Positions 8,474 through 17,228 of a stretch of DNA of 22,071 nucleotides are shown here, one piece after another. Numbering within the stretch: position 1 is the first letter of the stretch; each line of letters begins with the position of its first letter. Origin of the DNA: Saprospirales bacterium. Its GTDB lineage: Bacteria; Bacteroidota; Bacteroidia; Chitinophagales; Saprospiraceae. The DNA lies in the NCBI GenBank assembly GCA_043764975.1, contig JAYUJV010000394.1:1-22071 (forward strand). The letters run 5' to 3'. The translations under genes were made by a program, and so were the position numbers. The notes under the pieces were generated by a model. That model ran no database searches. It was not told where the DNA came from and saw nothing but the letters and a program-made list of their open reading frames with translations.

Positions 8474-9412
8474 TTAAGAATCAATTAATCCGCGTCCTTC
8501 TTTTACAATTTGGCCATCTTTTTCAAGTTTTTTGAGCAAACGATCTAAAATACCGTTCACAAACTCTTTACTCTTATCTGTTGAGTATATTTTTGAAATT
8601 TCTACAAACTCATTCAACGTCACTTTAGTTGGAATACTCTTAAAATCGAGCATTTCGCAAATCGCCATTTTCAATAAAATCATATCAATAATTGCCACAC
8701 GGTCAGCATCCCAGTTTTTTAGGTTCGGCTCGATGTGAGCCAGTAGTGCAGTATCAGTTGCATTTACTTTCAATAAAAGCGTTTCACCGAAATCTTTGAC
8801 GACTTCTTGATCTGGCACAAATTCTTTATAGAAAGTATCTTCGGCTGGCAATGCTTTCAAGGTCTTCTTCATTGCGCCCATCACCAACGATTTATCGTCC
8901 TCCCAGTTGTAATGGTAATCTTCCAAGATGTCATTGAAAAGTTCGTTGGCGATACAAAATCTGTACAAAGACAACAACATAGTGACGTGTTCTTCTTCGG
9001 CTTTTATGTCTTTCGCAACATATATTTTGTACTCATCAGTTTTCGCAAACTCCGAATAAAGCGTCTTGATGTGATCTACATCTAAGTTCGCTTCAAGGTT
9101 ATATTTGATTATGAATTTCTTTAATTCATGGTGAGTAACGAGCGATTGTGTGAATTTATTTTGAGCAAGTTTTGCCTTAAAGTTGCGATCTTCGTCCGTT
9201 GGGCGAAGTTTATTACCACGATTTTCAGCATCTTTTTCAGAAAATTCTGCTACTTTTAGCATGATGTATAAGTTGTAGATATACAACTCGAACGTTTTGG
9301 ATACGCTCTGTTTGTAGCGTGCAAGGGCATCACTCATTTTTAAACTTTGGTCGCGGCTCATTGAGTAGAGCACTTGCATAACCTTCACACGGACAATTCG
9401 ACGGCTTAACAT
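8474..9412 (-). CDS. nusB: Transcription antitermination factor NusB (long Bacteroidetes form).
   Basis: The N-terminus RRIVRVKVMQVLYS is a classic NusB start. The C-terminal NusB fold residues (AIIDMILLKMAICEM...EFVEISK) are present. The ~300-aa length is typical of Bacteroidetes NusB. Confidence 0.8.
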   Translation of the reverse strand: MLSRRIVRVKVMQVLYSMSRDQSLKMSDALARYKQSVSKTFELYIYNLYIMLKVAEFSEKDAENRGNKLRPTDEDRNFKAKLAQNKFTQSLVTHHELKKFIIKYNLEANLDVDHIKTLYSEFAKTDEYKIYVAKDIKAEEEHVTMLLSLYRFCIANELFNDILEDYHYNWEDDKSLVMGAMKKTLKALPAEDTFYKEFVPDQEVVKDFGETLLLKVNATDTALLAHIEPNLKNWDADRVAIIDMILLKMAICEMLDFKSIPTKVTLNEFVEISKIYSTDKSKEFVNGILDRLLKKLEKDGQIVKEGRGLIDS

Positions 9413-9585
9413 AGGAACATTTTAGTTGGTGCGTTTTCATCTAAACGCTGTTAGTATTGGAGTGCAAAGTAACGAATTTTTATTAATACAATTCTATACT
9501 TTTTTCAAAAAATTTGATATTATTTTAAAATATATTAAAAAAACTTATTATTTGATAATATTCATAAAAAAACCTTGAATAAATC

Positions 9586-9630
9586 ATAAAAAAGACCATT
9601 CAAAACTACGTTCTGAATGGTCTTTTTTAT
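9586..9630 (-). terminator. Rho-independent terminator for the 9720-11225 minus-strand gene. It looks bidirectional.
   Basis: Stem AGACCATTCA(9593-9602)/TGAATGGTCT(9615-9624), with an A-run before and a T-run after. Confidence 0.6.
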
Positions 9631-9719
9631 GATTCTTTTGTAATTTAGAAATTATCTAAAATCTTGATTTTCAAAGTCTAAATGACAAAAATGACTAATT
9701 GGCAGTTTTGACTATGTAT

Positions 9720-11225
9720 TTATTTCATCGATTTCGCCTTTATGACCTCATAACTTGGCACTTGGTTGATGTGCCACATATCGACGACCGTTCCGCCTTT
9801 CATCAATATCACACCTGGATTTGAGCGAATGATGGTTTTTAGCACCAAGTCGTCGCATTGGTAAAAAGGAATATCTTTAGCACCTATGTAATTCTGAAAT
9901 GCTTTTATAGTCAATCGGCCATCGTGTGTGATGATGTTTACGTTTTTGTTGTCGCGTTTTGCGGCTGCACATATAGGCATGATTTTTTCGCTCCATTGCT
10001 TCACGTAAGTTTCGTTCCAATCGGCTGTCACCACGATTTCGGTACGCGGTATTATGGTGTCACGCTGGACTACTTTTGAGCCTAAAGTATCATAAACTAC
10101 CTTTTTTTCGTTTACCGTTATTTCATTCTCTTTTTTGTTGGTATATAAAATACTACTACTGATTATCAGTAAGTTATACTCTTTATCGCTCAAAACATCT
10201 TCGTTATATTGGCTTTCATTTTCGGTAATATCGAAGAAATCGAAGTCAGAAACCTTCGTGTGTGGCACAGCTGATTCGGTTTTGATTTGATCCGAAACCT
10301 TCCAACCGTCTGCTTTCGGGTATTCTTTTAAGATGCTTTCCATCCAAAATTTAGCTGGATCTTGCCCTTCTGGAATATTGGCAACTGCCTTAGAGCCTGT
10401 CTTTTCGTTTTCCATTACGTAGGCTTTTATTTCTACATCGGCTGCTGCTTTTTCTTCGGCAGCGCGTTTTTCGAGTAGGTTTGTACCAACTTTGAATGGT
10501 CTAAAATCAATAACTGGCAGCGATACATAACTGTTGTAATAACAGAAAAACATAGATGCCAAACCTGCAAATGTGCCAACGCCAAAACGTGCTTTGCGCG
10601 TAAATAGCACGTGCATTTTACTCGAAAACAATAAAAATAACAAGGCTGGCAACATCAAAAAGCAATCTTTGAAAAAAGATGTTTTGGGTTCGAGTTTGAT
10701 AAAATCGCCGAAACAACCACAGTCCGTGACGCGCATATTGGTTGCTACATAAGGCCCCCATTTGCCAAAATCGAAGAAATTGATGCCTTGCGGCACATAA
10801 CCTGTCATATATGTGTAGCCTGTCAAAACAGTGAAAAACAACATCAATAAGAAAAACAACCAAGCCGTAAGGCGATTACGAATCCCGATGATGAGCATCA
10901 CGCCCAACAGGAGCTCAAATAAGATTGTGCCAATCGAAAAACCCATTGAGTATTTGGACATGGCAGGGAAAATACTCGCAAAACCTTTCCAACCGATGCC
11001 TGCAAATGTGGTTTCGAACTCAGCAAAATATTGTTCCATTTTATAGCTCGTTCCGATTGGATCCACGGCTTTTACGAAACCCGAAAATAAGAACCAAACG
11101 CCACAAAAATTTTGTAAAAATGTCATCCATAAACTTTTGTGCAACTTTAACACAACCATAATGGCCGTCAATATAGCGCCGCCAATGGCAAAGTATGTAA
11201 TTAGATTCGTGATAGATAAACTCAT
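9720..11225 (-). CDS. Membrane protein with an N-terminal DoxX/MauE-like multi-TM domain (DCGCFG motif) fused to a C-terminal thioredoxin-fold-like domain (BT_3928-family-like).
   Basis: About five N-terminal TM helices and a VTDCGCFGDF motif. The soluble C-terminal half (~aa 250-501) resembles a TlpA-like fold without an obvious CXXC. The fusion assignment is inferred from architecture. Confidence 0.5.
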   Translation of the reverse strand: MSLSITNLITYFAIGGAILTAIMVVLKLHKSLWMTFLQNFCGVWFLFSGFVKAVDPIGTSYKMEQYFAEFETTFAGIGWKGFASIFPAMSKYSMGFSIGTILFELLLGVMLIIGIRNRLTAWLFFLLMLFFTVLTGYTYMTGYVPQGINFFDFGKWGPYVATNMRVTDCGCFGDFIKLEPKTSFFKDCFLMLPALLFLLFSSKMHVLFTRKARFGVGTFAGLASMFFCYYNSYVSLPVIDFRPFKVGTNLLEKRAAEEKAAADVEIKAYVMENEKTGSKAVANIPEGQDPAKFWMESILKEYPKADGWKVSDQIKTESAVPHTKVSDFDFFDITENESQYNEDVLSDKEYNLLIISSSILYTNKKENEITVNEKKVVYDTLGSKVVQRDTIIPRTEIVVTADWNETYVKQWSEKIMPICAAAKRDNKNVNIITHDGRLTIKAFQNYIGAKDIPFYQCDDLVLKTIIRSNPGVILMKGGTVVDMWHINQVPSYEVIKAKSMK

Positions 11226-11258
11226 ATTTTTTATATTTTAAAATGATTTTTTATTTTT

Positions 11259-11522
11259 TACTGAAAACTTCGGAGAACTCCAATTAGTGTAATTATTTTA
11301 CTTGTAAAATAACATTCGTTATCATTATTACTTTTTGATGTAAAATATTCGTGTATTCGTGGCTAAAAAATACTACATAAGATGTTTTTTAGCCACGAAT
11401 ACACGAATAAAAAAAACTAGATAAACAATGGAAACGAATGATTTTTATAAATAAAAAAACACTAATCGTAGAGTAAAATCTAACGCAACGTAGTACCTAA
11501 TACTTCTCCGAAGTTTTCAGTA
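11259..11522. repeat. ~260 bp long imperfect palindrome (nested inverted repeats) in the divergent intergenic region. It is MITE-like or a structured regulatory element.
   Basis: Outer IR TACTGAAAACTTCGGAGAA(11259-11277)/TTCTCCGAAGTTTTCAGTA(11504-11522). Inner 24-bp perfect IR ATTCGTGTATTCGTGGCTAAAAAA(11347-11370)/TTTTTTAGCCACGAATACACGAAT(11385-11408). Additional matched blocks (ATTAGTG, CATTCGTT) appear in both halves. Confidence 0.5.
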
Positions 11523-11688
11523 ATAAACAATAAGCAAAAAGTAGATTTTTGCTTTATTGCAATTTTTCATTTCAAAATTGCCTATTGTTTTTTGCCAATT
11601 AAAATGTAATCATAAACTTGAAACTAAAATATTAAACTTTACGCTTGTCAAATGGCTAAGTATTTATAAACGGTCAATAAAACATACA

Positions 11689-13500
11689 ATGCGTTTTCGT
11701 TTTTTTATCATTATTTCGTGCTTTATACAGACGTTTGCTTTTGCTCAAAAAACAGGTTTTGAAGCAAGAACAAGCGCAACTTCTATTCCGACCAACGGAC
11801 GTTTTCAGGTGTCGTTCATACTTTCAAATCTCAAGCCGCAAGGTCGATTGAAAGAGCCAAGCCTTAGTGATTTTATCGTCGAATCAGGCCCAAACGAAAG
11901 CCAGCAAATGGAAATGGTCAATGGTAATGTAACTCAATCATTATCAGTTGATTATGTGCTCCGTCCGCGCCGAAAAGGTACTTTTGTGATTGGCGAAGCG
12001 ACCGTTGTGGCACAAGGCCAAACTTACCATACACAACCCATCAAAATAGAAGTTTCGGACAGTCCCGTTGGTAGCGCATCAGCGACACCAGTGCCTAAAA
12101 ATGCCAAAGGAGATGTTTTTTTATTCGCTGCATTTAGCAGCAAAGAAGCATACGTCGGGCAAGGCATTGTCGTGGATTATAAGGTCTATTCGGCTGTTGC
12201 TCTGGATCAAATAAAGCCGATTTCGATGCCAACTTATCCAGGATTTACGGTTGAAAAAGTCGAAAATTTTGATAATTCACAATCTGTACAAGTCTTGAAT
12301 GGTAAGCGATATATGTCAAAAACCATACATCGCGTTATTTTATATCCATTACAAAGCGGCACATTGGGTGTAGAAGCGATGGAAATGGAAGGTCTTTCGA
12401 TGGGTTTTGGCATGGACGTTATCAATTTCGGTTGTGACGCCACGACCATAAAAGTAAAGGATTTGCCAGCTGGCGCACCTGCCAATTTTAGTGGTGCAGT
12501 AGGTAAATGGACGGCCACCGCTAGCGTCGAAAAACAAGACATTAGCACAGACGATGTCGTACCGATTCGGGTGTTGTTGCGCGGCGATGGCGGCCTAAAA
12601 CAAGTGCAACCACAAGCGCTCAATTTGCCAAATGGTTTACGTGCGTTCGATCCCAAAATAATCAACGAAGAAAGTAATGAAAATGGTGGCCGCATAGTGA
12701 GTACAAAAGAAATCGAGTACCTTGTGCAAGCCAATCAAGTAGGAGCTTATACCATTTCGCCTACATTTTCGTATTTTGATACTCAAAAAGGCACTTACGA
12801 AACCATCAATATGACCAATATTTTGCTCAATGTGAAGCAAGGAACTGGCGTGGCACTCGACACCAATAAACACCTTGAAAATGAAAAAAATACAAGCGAT
12901 TTTGGAAAAACATTGGCTTGGATAGCAGCAATTTTAGGTGTGTTGGTAGTCAGCGTATTGTCGTTTATTTATTATAAAAATAAGCAAAAAATAAAAACGC
13001 CACAAGTGCGCGAAGTGTTTAATCATCATCATAATGATGAAAACAACACCCAAAAAGAAGAAACAAAAACAATAAATAATGAAGACGATTTAACGCGTTT
13101 TCAACAAACTTATGCGCCTACACAAGCACATGAAGTAGTTGAAACCAAAGTTGAAGTAGCAAATAATGCACAAACACAAAGCATCGAAAACGATAAAATA
13201 CCAAGCGAATTAGTAACTTTAAAACAGGCATTATCAAGCGAAAATTCAGCACTTTTTTATGGAGAATTAGACGCTATACTCAAAAAAACAGCGCTTCAAA
13301 AATATAGTTTAAATTTTGATTCAGTTTCTAAAATTCAGATAATCAGTCACTTACGTGAAAATAACGTATCAGAACAAAGTAGCGAACAATTCGCTATGCT
13401 CTCCGATACGTGCTTGATGGCTCGATACGGCGGCGCTACAAATCCCGAACGGATGCAAACACATTTCGAGCAACTTTCGGAATTGTTAAAAAATATATAA
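11689..13500 (+). CDS. BatD-like (aerotolerance-associated) protein: signal peptide, large extracytoplasmic domain, single TM helix near the C-terminus, charged C-terminal tail.
   Basis: I place the start at ATG 11689 (MRFRFFIIISCFIQTFAFAQ signal); the track ORF opens at 11557. A TM segment TLAWIAAILGVLVVSVLSFIYY lies at about aa 455, followed by a K/E/N/Q-rich tail. The family call rests on architecture and overall similarity. Confidence 0.5.
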   Translation: MRFRFFIIISCFIQTFAFAQKTGFEARTSATSIPTNGRFQVSFILSNLKPQGRLKEPSLSDFIVESGPNESQQMEMVNGNVTQSLSVDYVLRPRRKGTFVIGEATVVAQGQTYHTQPIKIEVSDSPVGSASATPVPKNAKGDVFLFAAFSSKEAYVGQGIVVDYKVYSAVALDQIKPISMPTYPGFTVEKVENFDNSQSVQVLNGKRYMSKTIHRVILYPLQSGTLGVEAMEMEGLSMGFGMDVINFGCDATTIKVKDLPAGAPANFSGAVGKWTATASVEKQDISTDDVVPIRVLLRGDGGLKQVQPQALNLPNGLRAFDPKIINEESNENGGRIVSTKEIEYLVQANQVGAYTISPTFSYFDTQKGTYETINMTNILLNVKQGTGVALDTNKHLENEKNTSDFGKTLAWIAAILGVLVVSVLSFIYYKNKQKIKTPQVREVFNHHHNDENNTQKEETKTINNEDDLTRFQQTYAPTQAHEVVETKVEVANNAQTQSIENDKIPSELVTLKQALSSENSALFYGELDAILKKTALQKYSLNFDSVSKIQIISHLRENNVSEQSSEQFAMLSDTCLMARYGGATNPERMQTHFEQLSELLKNI

Positions 13501-13502
13501 AA

Positions 13503-13601
13503 CAATGAGCAATGAGCAACTTGCAATGAGCAACAGTCGTAAATAATAAGCAAATTTCGTTTCATTTTGTTGCCCATTGCCCATTGCATATTGAAACGAA
13601 A
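13503..13601 (+). promoter_or_regulatory. Nested, mutually exclusive inverted repeats between the BatD-like gene and the esterase gene. It could be a terminator/antiterminator-like switch or an sRNA.
   Basis: A = CAATGAGCAATGAGCAAC(13503-13520; the AATGAGC unit occurs three times) pairs with A' = GTTGCCCATTGCCCATTG(13569-13586), 16/18 with two A·C mismatches. B = TTTCGTTTCA(13555-13564) pairs with B' = TGAAACGAAA(13592-13601). A' lies inside the B/B' loop and B lies inside the A/A' loop. Confidence 0.3.
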
Positions 13602-13669
13602 AATACGATAAACTTATAATTTTACTGTTTTATTGGCTAATGCCAAATTGCTTGCAAAATAAATAGATT

Positions 13670-14515
13670 ATGCTAAAAAAAATAATACATCGGTGTCAGC
13701 CCAATTTTTATGTAAAGCCATTGAGATACGCAAATCGTTCGTTACAATTGGCTCGAAAAGTAAAAATTGAGGTCTATTTACCACCCAATTATTATAAAAA
13801 TAGCAAACAAAATTTCCCCTTGTTGCTCATCAATGATGGTCAAGATTTTGAGCGATTGGGCATGGTGAAAGTACTATCCAAGATGTATGACGAGGGCTTA
13901 ATGCAGTCTGCAATCGTGGTCGGAATCCATGCAGACAGCCATCGTGTGCTGGAATACGGGACGGCTATGCGCGAAGCCTACAACGGATTCGGGAGCATGG
14001 CGAATCGTTATACACGCTTCATAATGAGCGAGTTAGTGCCGTTTTTGAGGTCAAAATTTAGATGTGCCACTTCGTCTGACCAAACCGCCATTGCAGGTTT
14101 TTCGCTCGGCGGATTGTCTGCCTTGGACATTGCTTGGGCGCACCCCGAAACGTTCGGCAAAGTCGGCGTTTTTTCAGGCTCGTTGTGGTGGCGACACACT
14201 AGCTTTCGCGAAGAAGACCCCGACGCTGACCGCATCATGTTTGAAGTTGTGGAAAGTAGCGCAAAAAAAGAAGGTTTGCGCTTTTGGTTTATGGCTGGCA
14301 CAAACGACGAAACCTCTGACCGAAACAACAATGGCGTGATAGATGCCATAGACGACACCAAAGATATGCTCAATCTTTTGCTCCAAAAAGGTTATTCACC
14401 CGATGATTTATACTACACCGAGGTAGAAGGCGGCGAACACAATCCTACGACTTGGGGCGAAGTGATGCCACAATTTTTGCGTTGGGTATTTCCAACGGGC
14501 GAAGTGATGGATTGA
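13670..14515 (+). CDS. Putative esterase (PF00756-type alpha/beta hydrolase, enterochelin-esterase-like).
   Basis: IEVYLPPNYY near the N-terminus and the GFSLGG nucleophile elbow. The downstream Asp/His region is conserved (WFMAGTNDE...GGEHN). Confidence 0.8.
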   Translation: MLKKIIHRCQPNFYVKPLRYANRSLQLARKVKIEVYLPPNYYKNSKQNFPLLLINDGQDFERLGMVKVLSKMYDEGLMQSAIVVGIHADSHRVLEYGTAMREAYNGFGSMANRYTRFIMSELVPFLRSKFRCATSSDQTAIAGFSLGGLSALDIAWAHPETFGKVGVFSGSLWWRHTSFREEDPDADRIMFEVVESSAKKEGLRFWFMAGTNDETSDRNNNGVIDAIDDTKDMLNLLLQKGYSPDDLYYTEVEGGEHNPTTWGEVMPQFLRWVFPTGEVMD

Positions 14516-14638
14516 GGGTTTGCTTGCAATAATAATTCACAATAACTTAACATACATTTCACATACAGTTCATATAAGCGAAGCAAATTTGTATTATAAA
14601 AATAACAAATATCTTGTACACATCAATTTTTTGAAAAA

Positions 14639-15166
14639 ATGAAAATTGTCATAACAAATGCTTCGCACATTGCCTTCGTTGCTCAAATATGTGAAACCAT
14701 AGAATCCGCTGCCATCCAAAGAGGTACTGGTATTGGAAAGCGCGACCCAAAAAAAATCGAGCAAGTCATTACCGATGGCCACGCCGTGATTGCTTTGACG
14801 GAGGACAATCGTTTTGCAGGGTTTTGTTATTTGCAAATTTGGTCAGAAGGCACTCAAATATCACACTCAGGTTTGATTGTGGTACCCGAATTTCGTAAGC
14901 AAGGGTTAGCATTACAAATCAAGCAAGCTGCGGTTGAGTTGGTGCAACAAAAATATCCTGACGCGACTATTTTTGGCATTACGACCAATCTGCACGTCAT
15001 GAATATCAATACAGCATTGGGTTACAAACCAACTACCTTTGCCCAAATAACTCAAGAATTTGCCTTTTGGGCGCAATGCAAAAGTTGCCCCAACTTTGAT
15101 GTTTTGCAGCGCACCAACAACCGAATGTGCCTTTGTACCGCTATGATATTAGAAAAAGTTGCTTAA
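14639..15166 (+). CDS. GNAT-family N-acetyltransferase.
   Basis: The acetyl-CoA binding motif VVPEFRKQGLALQI (R/Q-x-x-G-x-A) is present. The 175-aa size is typical. Confidence 0.7.
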   Translation: MKIVITNASHIAFVAQICETIESAAIQRGTGIGKRDPKKIEQVITDGHAVIALTEDNRFAGFCYLQIWSEGTQISHSGLIVVPEFRKQGLALQIKQAAVELVQQKYPDATIFGITTNLHVMNINTALGYKPTTFAQITQEFAFWAQCKSCPNFDVLQRTNNRMCLCTAMILEKVA

Positions 15167-15187
15167 TTTTTATGTAAATTGGGTTTA

Positions 15188-15232
15188 TAAAAAAACGCTT
15201 GCTGTGCAGTCGCACAACAAGCGTTTTTTTTT
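15188..15232. terminator. Bidirectional rho-independent terminator, module copy 1.
   Basis: AAAAAAACGCTTGCTGTGC-agtc-GCACAACAAGCGTTTTTTTTT. It sits between the convergent GNAT gene (+) and lipoprotein gene (-). It is nearly identical in stem and flanks to 19634-19682. Confidence 0.7.
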
Positions 15233-15275
15233 GTAAAATGTTGATTATCAGAAGATTAAATAACCAATAGATAAA

Positions 15276-15992
15276 CTACTTTTTAGCAAAATTTGTAGAA
15301 AACTTAAATTTTATGCCTCCACCAATATTATATGAAGAAGTGATAATAGAATATTTGTTGAAAGTCATTCCGCCTTGCATAAAGCCTTTTAGCTTTTCAG
15401 TTCCTATAGCAATAGTAAGGGTAGGTTCTGCGCTAAAAAAATTAATTTTTTGACTAAGATCTGGATTTACAACACCATTTACAGGAATTAAATTCCCTAT
15501 ATAGTCTCCAAAAACGTAAGCAAAACGAGGTGTAAGAATGAAGTCAGCCATACCTGCTTTTAAGTCAAGATTTGGCTGTAAAAATACTTTATTGTACTTA
15601 AAACTTTCTTCGTGGACTTTATCTATAAGTTGATAGGTATCCGCTAACTTACCCAATCCATACCCTCCATAAGTTTCAAAAATAAAATTATCGTTTACTT
15701 TTTTAAAATAGCCAACAGCAAATTCACCATAGCTACCAGAAGCTGGCTGTTTGTCTATGATTGGATCTTTTTGGGTGCAATTGTTATATTGTCCATTGAA
15801 CATAACCGCGAGCTGTGGCGAAACAGAAGCCGCCGCACTAAAATTGATTCCTGCTCTACTATACGAGCCTTCGAGCGCAATTTGATTTTTTTCGGTAAAA
15901 AGTGGTGTGGCTGCAGTAGGCGGTTTGTAAACCTTGGCGCAAGCACCTAACAACAATGCACTGAAAGCGCATAAGATTAGTTGATTCTTCAT
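15276..15992 (-). CDS. Hypothetical lipoprotein, probably an outer-membrane beta-barrel-like protein.
   Basis: Signal peptide with lipobox LLGACAK. It shows alternating hydrophobic beta-strand patterns, is G/Y/F-rich, and has an aromatic-rich C-terminus. Confidence 0.55.
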   Translation of the reverse strand: MKNQLILCAFSALLLGACAKVYKPPTAATPLFTEKNQIALEGSYSRAGINFSAAASVSPQLAVMFNGQYNNCTQKDPIIDKQPASGSYGEFAVGYFKKVNDNFIFETYGGYGLGKLADTYQLIDKVHEESFKYNKVFLQPNLDLKAGMADFILTPRFAYVFGDYIGNLIPVNGVVNPDLSQKINFFSAEPTLTIAIGTEKLKGFMQGGMTFNKYSIITSSYNIGGGIKFKFSTNFAKK

Positions 15993-16232
15993 TATTTGTG
16001 TGTGTTAAATGATAAAAAAATTAAATGTAAATATAAACGATTTTTTTATTTTTTTTATTTTTTTGAAAATTAATGTAGCTTTGTTCTTTACGCTTGGTCA
16101 CAATAATCATTTTTGTCTTTCAAAATCTAACATTCTAATTTTTAACATTTTAAAAATAAATGAAATCTCAATTGAAGTGTTTAAAAGGAAAAGAATAAAC
16201 AAACACTTTTTTTCTAAAAACTAAAATTTATC

Positions 16233-17036
16233 ATGGGAAGAAAACTAGAAGGTCAAACCGCCCTTGTTACAGGCGCAAATTCAGGTATTGGTGCAGGTTG
16301 TGCTTTGGCATTAGGCGAAGCGGGCGCAAATGTAATTGTCAATTATGTGACTAAACCAGAAACTGCACAAGAGATTGTGGACCAAATCAAAGCAATGGGT
16401 AGCCAAGCTGTTGCTATTCAAGCAGATGTTAGCAATGAAGCACAAGTGATTGCGATGTTTCAAGAAGCGGTCAAAACTTATGGTACAGTAGATATTTTGA
16501 TTGCCAACGCAGGACTTCAACGCGATGCAAAATTCGATGAAATGACCGTAGATCAATGGGATTTGGTCATTAATGTAAATCTGAAAGGTCAATTCCTTTG
16601 CGCTCGTGAAGCCATTCGTGAGTTTTTAAGACGCGGACCAAGACCCGAAGTATCGGTTGCCACAGGCAAAATTATTTGTATGAGTTCGGTGCATGAGATT
16701 ATTCCTTGGTCGGGTCACGTCAATTACGCTTCTTCCAAAGGTGCAATTCGTATGTTTATGCAAAGTTTGGCGCAAGAATATGGCGACCGCAAAATACGTG
16801 TCAATAGCATTTGCCCAGGCGCAATTCAAACGCCTATCAATACGGCTGCTTGGAATACGCCCGAAGCCCTTCAAAGTTTGATGACATTAATTCCTTACAA
16901 TCGCATTGGTCAGCCTTCCGATATTGGAAAATTGGCGGTCTTTTTGTCTTCCGATGACTCGGATTACATCACAGGCGCAAGCCATTTTATTGATGGTGGT
17001 ATGACCGTTTTTGAAGGATTTTCGACAGGAGGATAA
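16233..17036 (+). CDS. SDR-family NAD(P)-dependent oxidoreductase (glucose 1-dehydrogenase-like).
   Basis: TGANSGIGAG Rossmann motif, NAG motif, and catalytic S...YASSK (YxxxK). PGAIQTP is present. Confidence 0.9.
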   Translation: MGRKLEGQTALVTGANSGIGAGCALALGEAGANVIVNYVTKPETAQEIVDQIKAMGSQAVAIQADVSNEAQVIAMFQEAVKTYGTVDILIANAGLQRDAKFDEMTVDQWDLVINVNLKGQFLCAREAIREFLRRGPRPEVSVATGKIICMSSVHEIIPWSGHVNYASSKGAIRMFMQSLAQEYGDRKIRVNSICPGAIQTPINTAAWNTPEALQSLMTLIPYNRIGQPSDIGKLAVFLSSDDSDYITGASHFIDGGMTVFEGFSTGG

Positions 17037-17037
17037 G

Positions 17038-17228
17038 GGGCCTCCCTAAATCCCTCCGAAGGAGGGACTTTAAAACGTAGAGGCATATTTTTAGAAAGTA
17101 ATGCTGTTTTTTACTAAAAATATGATAAAATCTACGTTTTTCAATCAATAAATTCCTAATTTACCTTACGTTAAGTTTGAACATAACGTTGGTAAGTCTC
17201 CTCCTTTGGAGGAGATTTAGAGGAGGTC
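17038..17228. repeat. MITE-like ~190 bp element with ~30-bp GC-rich hairpin-containing terminal inverted repeats.
   Basis: Left end GGCCTCCCTAAATCCCTCC-gaa-GGAGGGACTT (17038-17070). Right end AAGTCTCCTCC-ttt-GGAGGAGATTTAGAGGAGGTC (17194-17228) is its reverse complement with three substitutions. An internal 10-bp IR AAAACGTAGA(17072-17081)/TCTACGTTTT(17131-17140) is present. A solo related copy is at 3959-4001. Confidence 0.45.

Noticed and set aside
11557-11688. Upstream extension of the BatD-like ORF (track start 11557, MQFFISKLPIVFCQ...).
   Set aside because: The extension lacks a signal peptide and runs into the palindromic intergenic element. The internal Met at 11689 begins a canonical signal peptide (MRFRFFIIISCFIQTFAFAQ), so I prefer the shorter gene model.
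12234-12873. Minus-strand ORFs of 166, 62 and 78 aa inside the BatD-like gene.
   Set aside because: They are antisense within a long, signal-peptide-bearing CDS. They have no recognisable domains and overlap each other in different frames.
14008-14386. ORFs on both strands overlapping the esterase gene (121, 91, 70 aa).
   Set aside because: They lie within or opposite a CDS with clear catalytic motifs (GFSLGG), and are most likely frame artefacts.
16009-16224. 71-aa ORF in the AT-rich spacer upstream of the SDR gene.
   Set aside because: It is an F/I/N/K-only translation of a >80% A+T promoter region with poly-T runs, and shows no coding periodicity.
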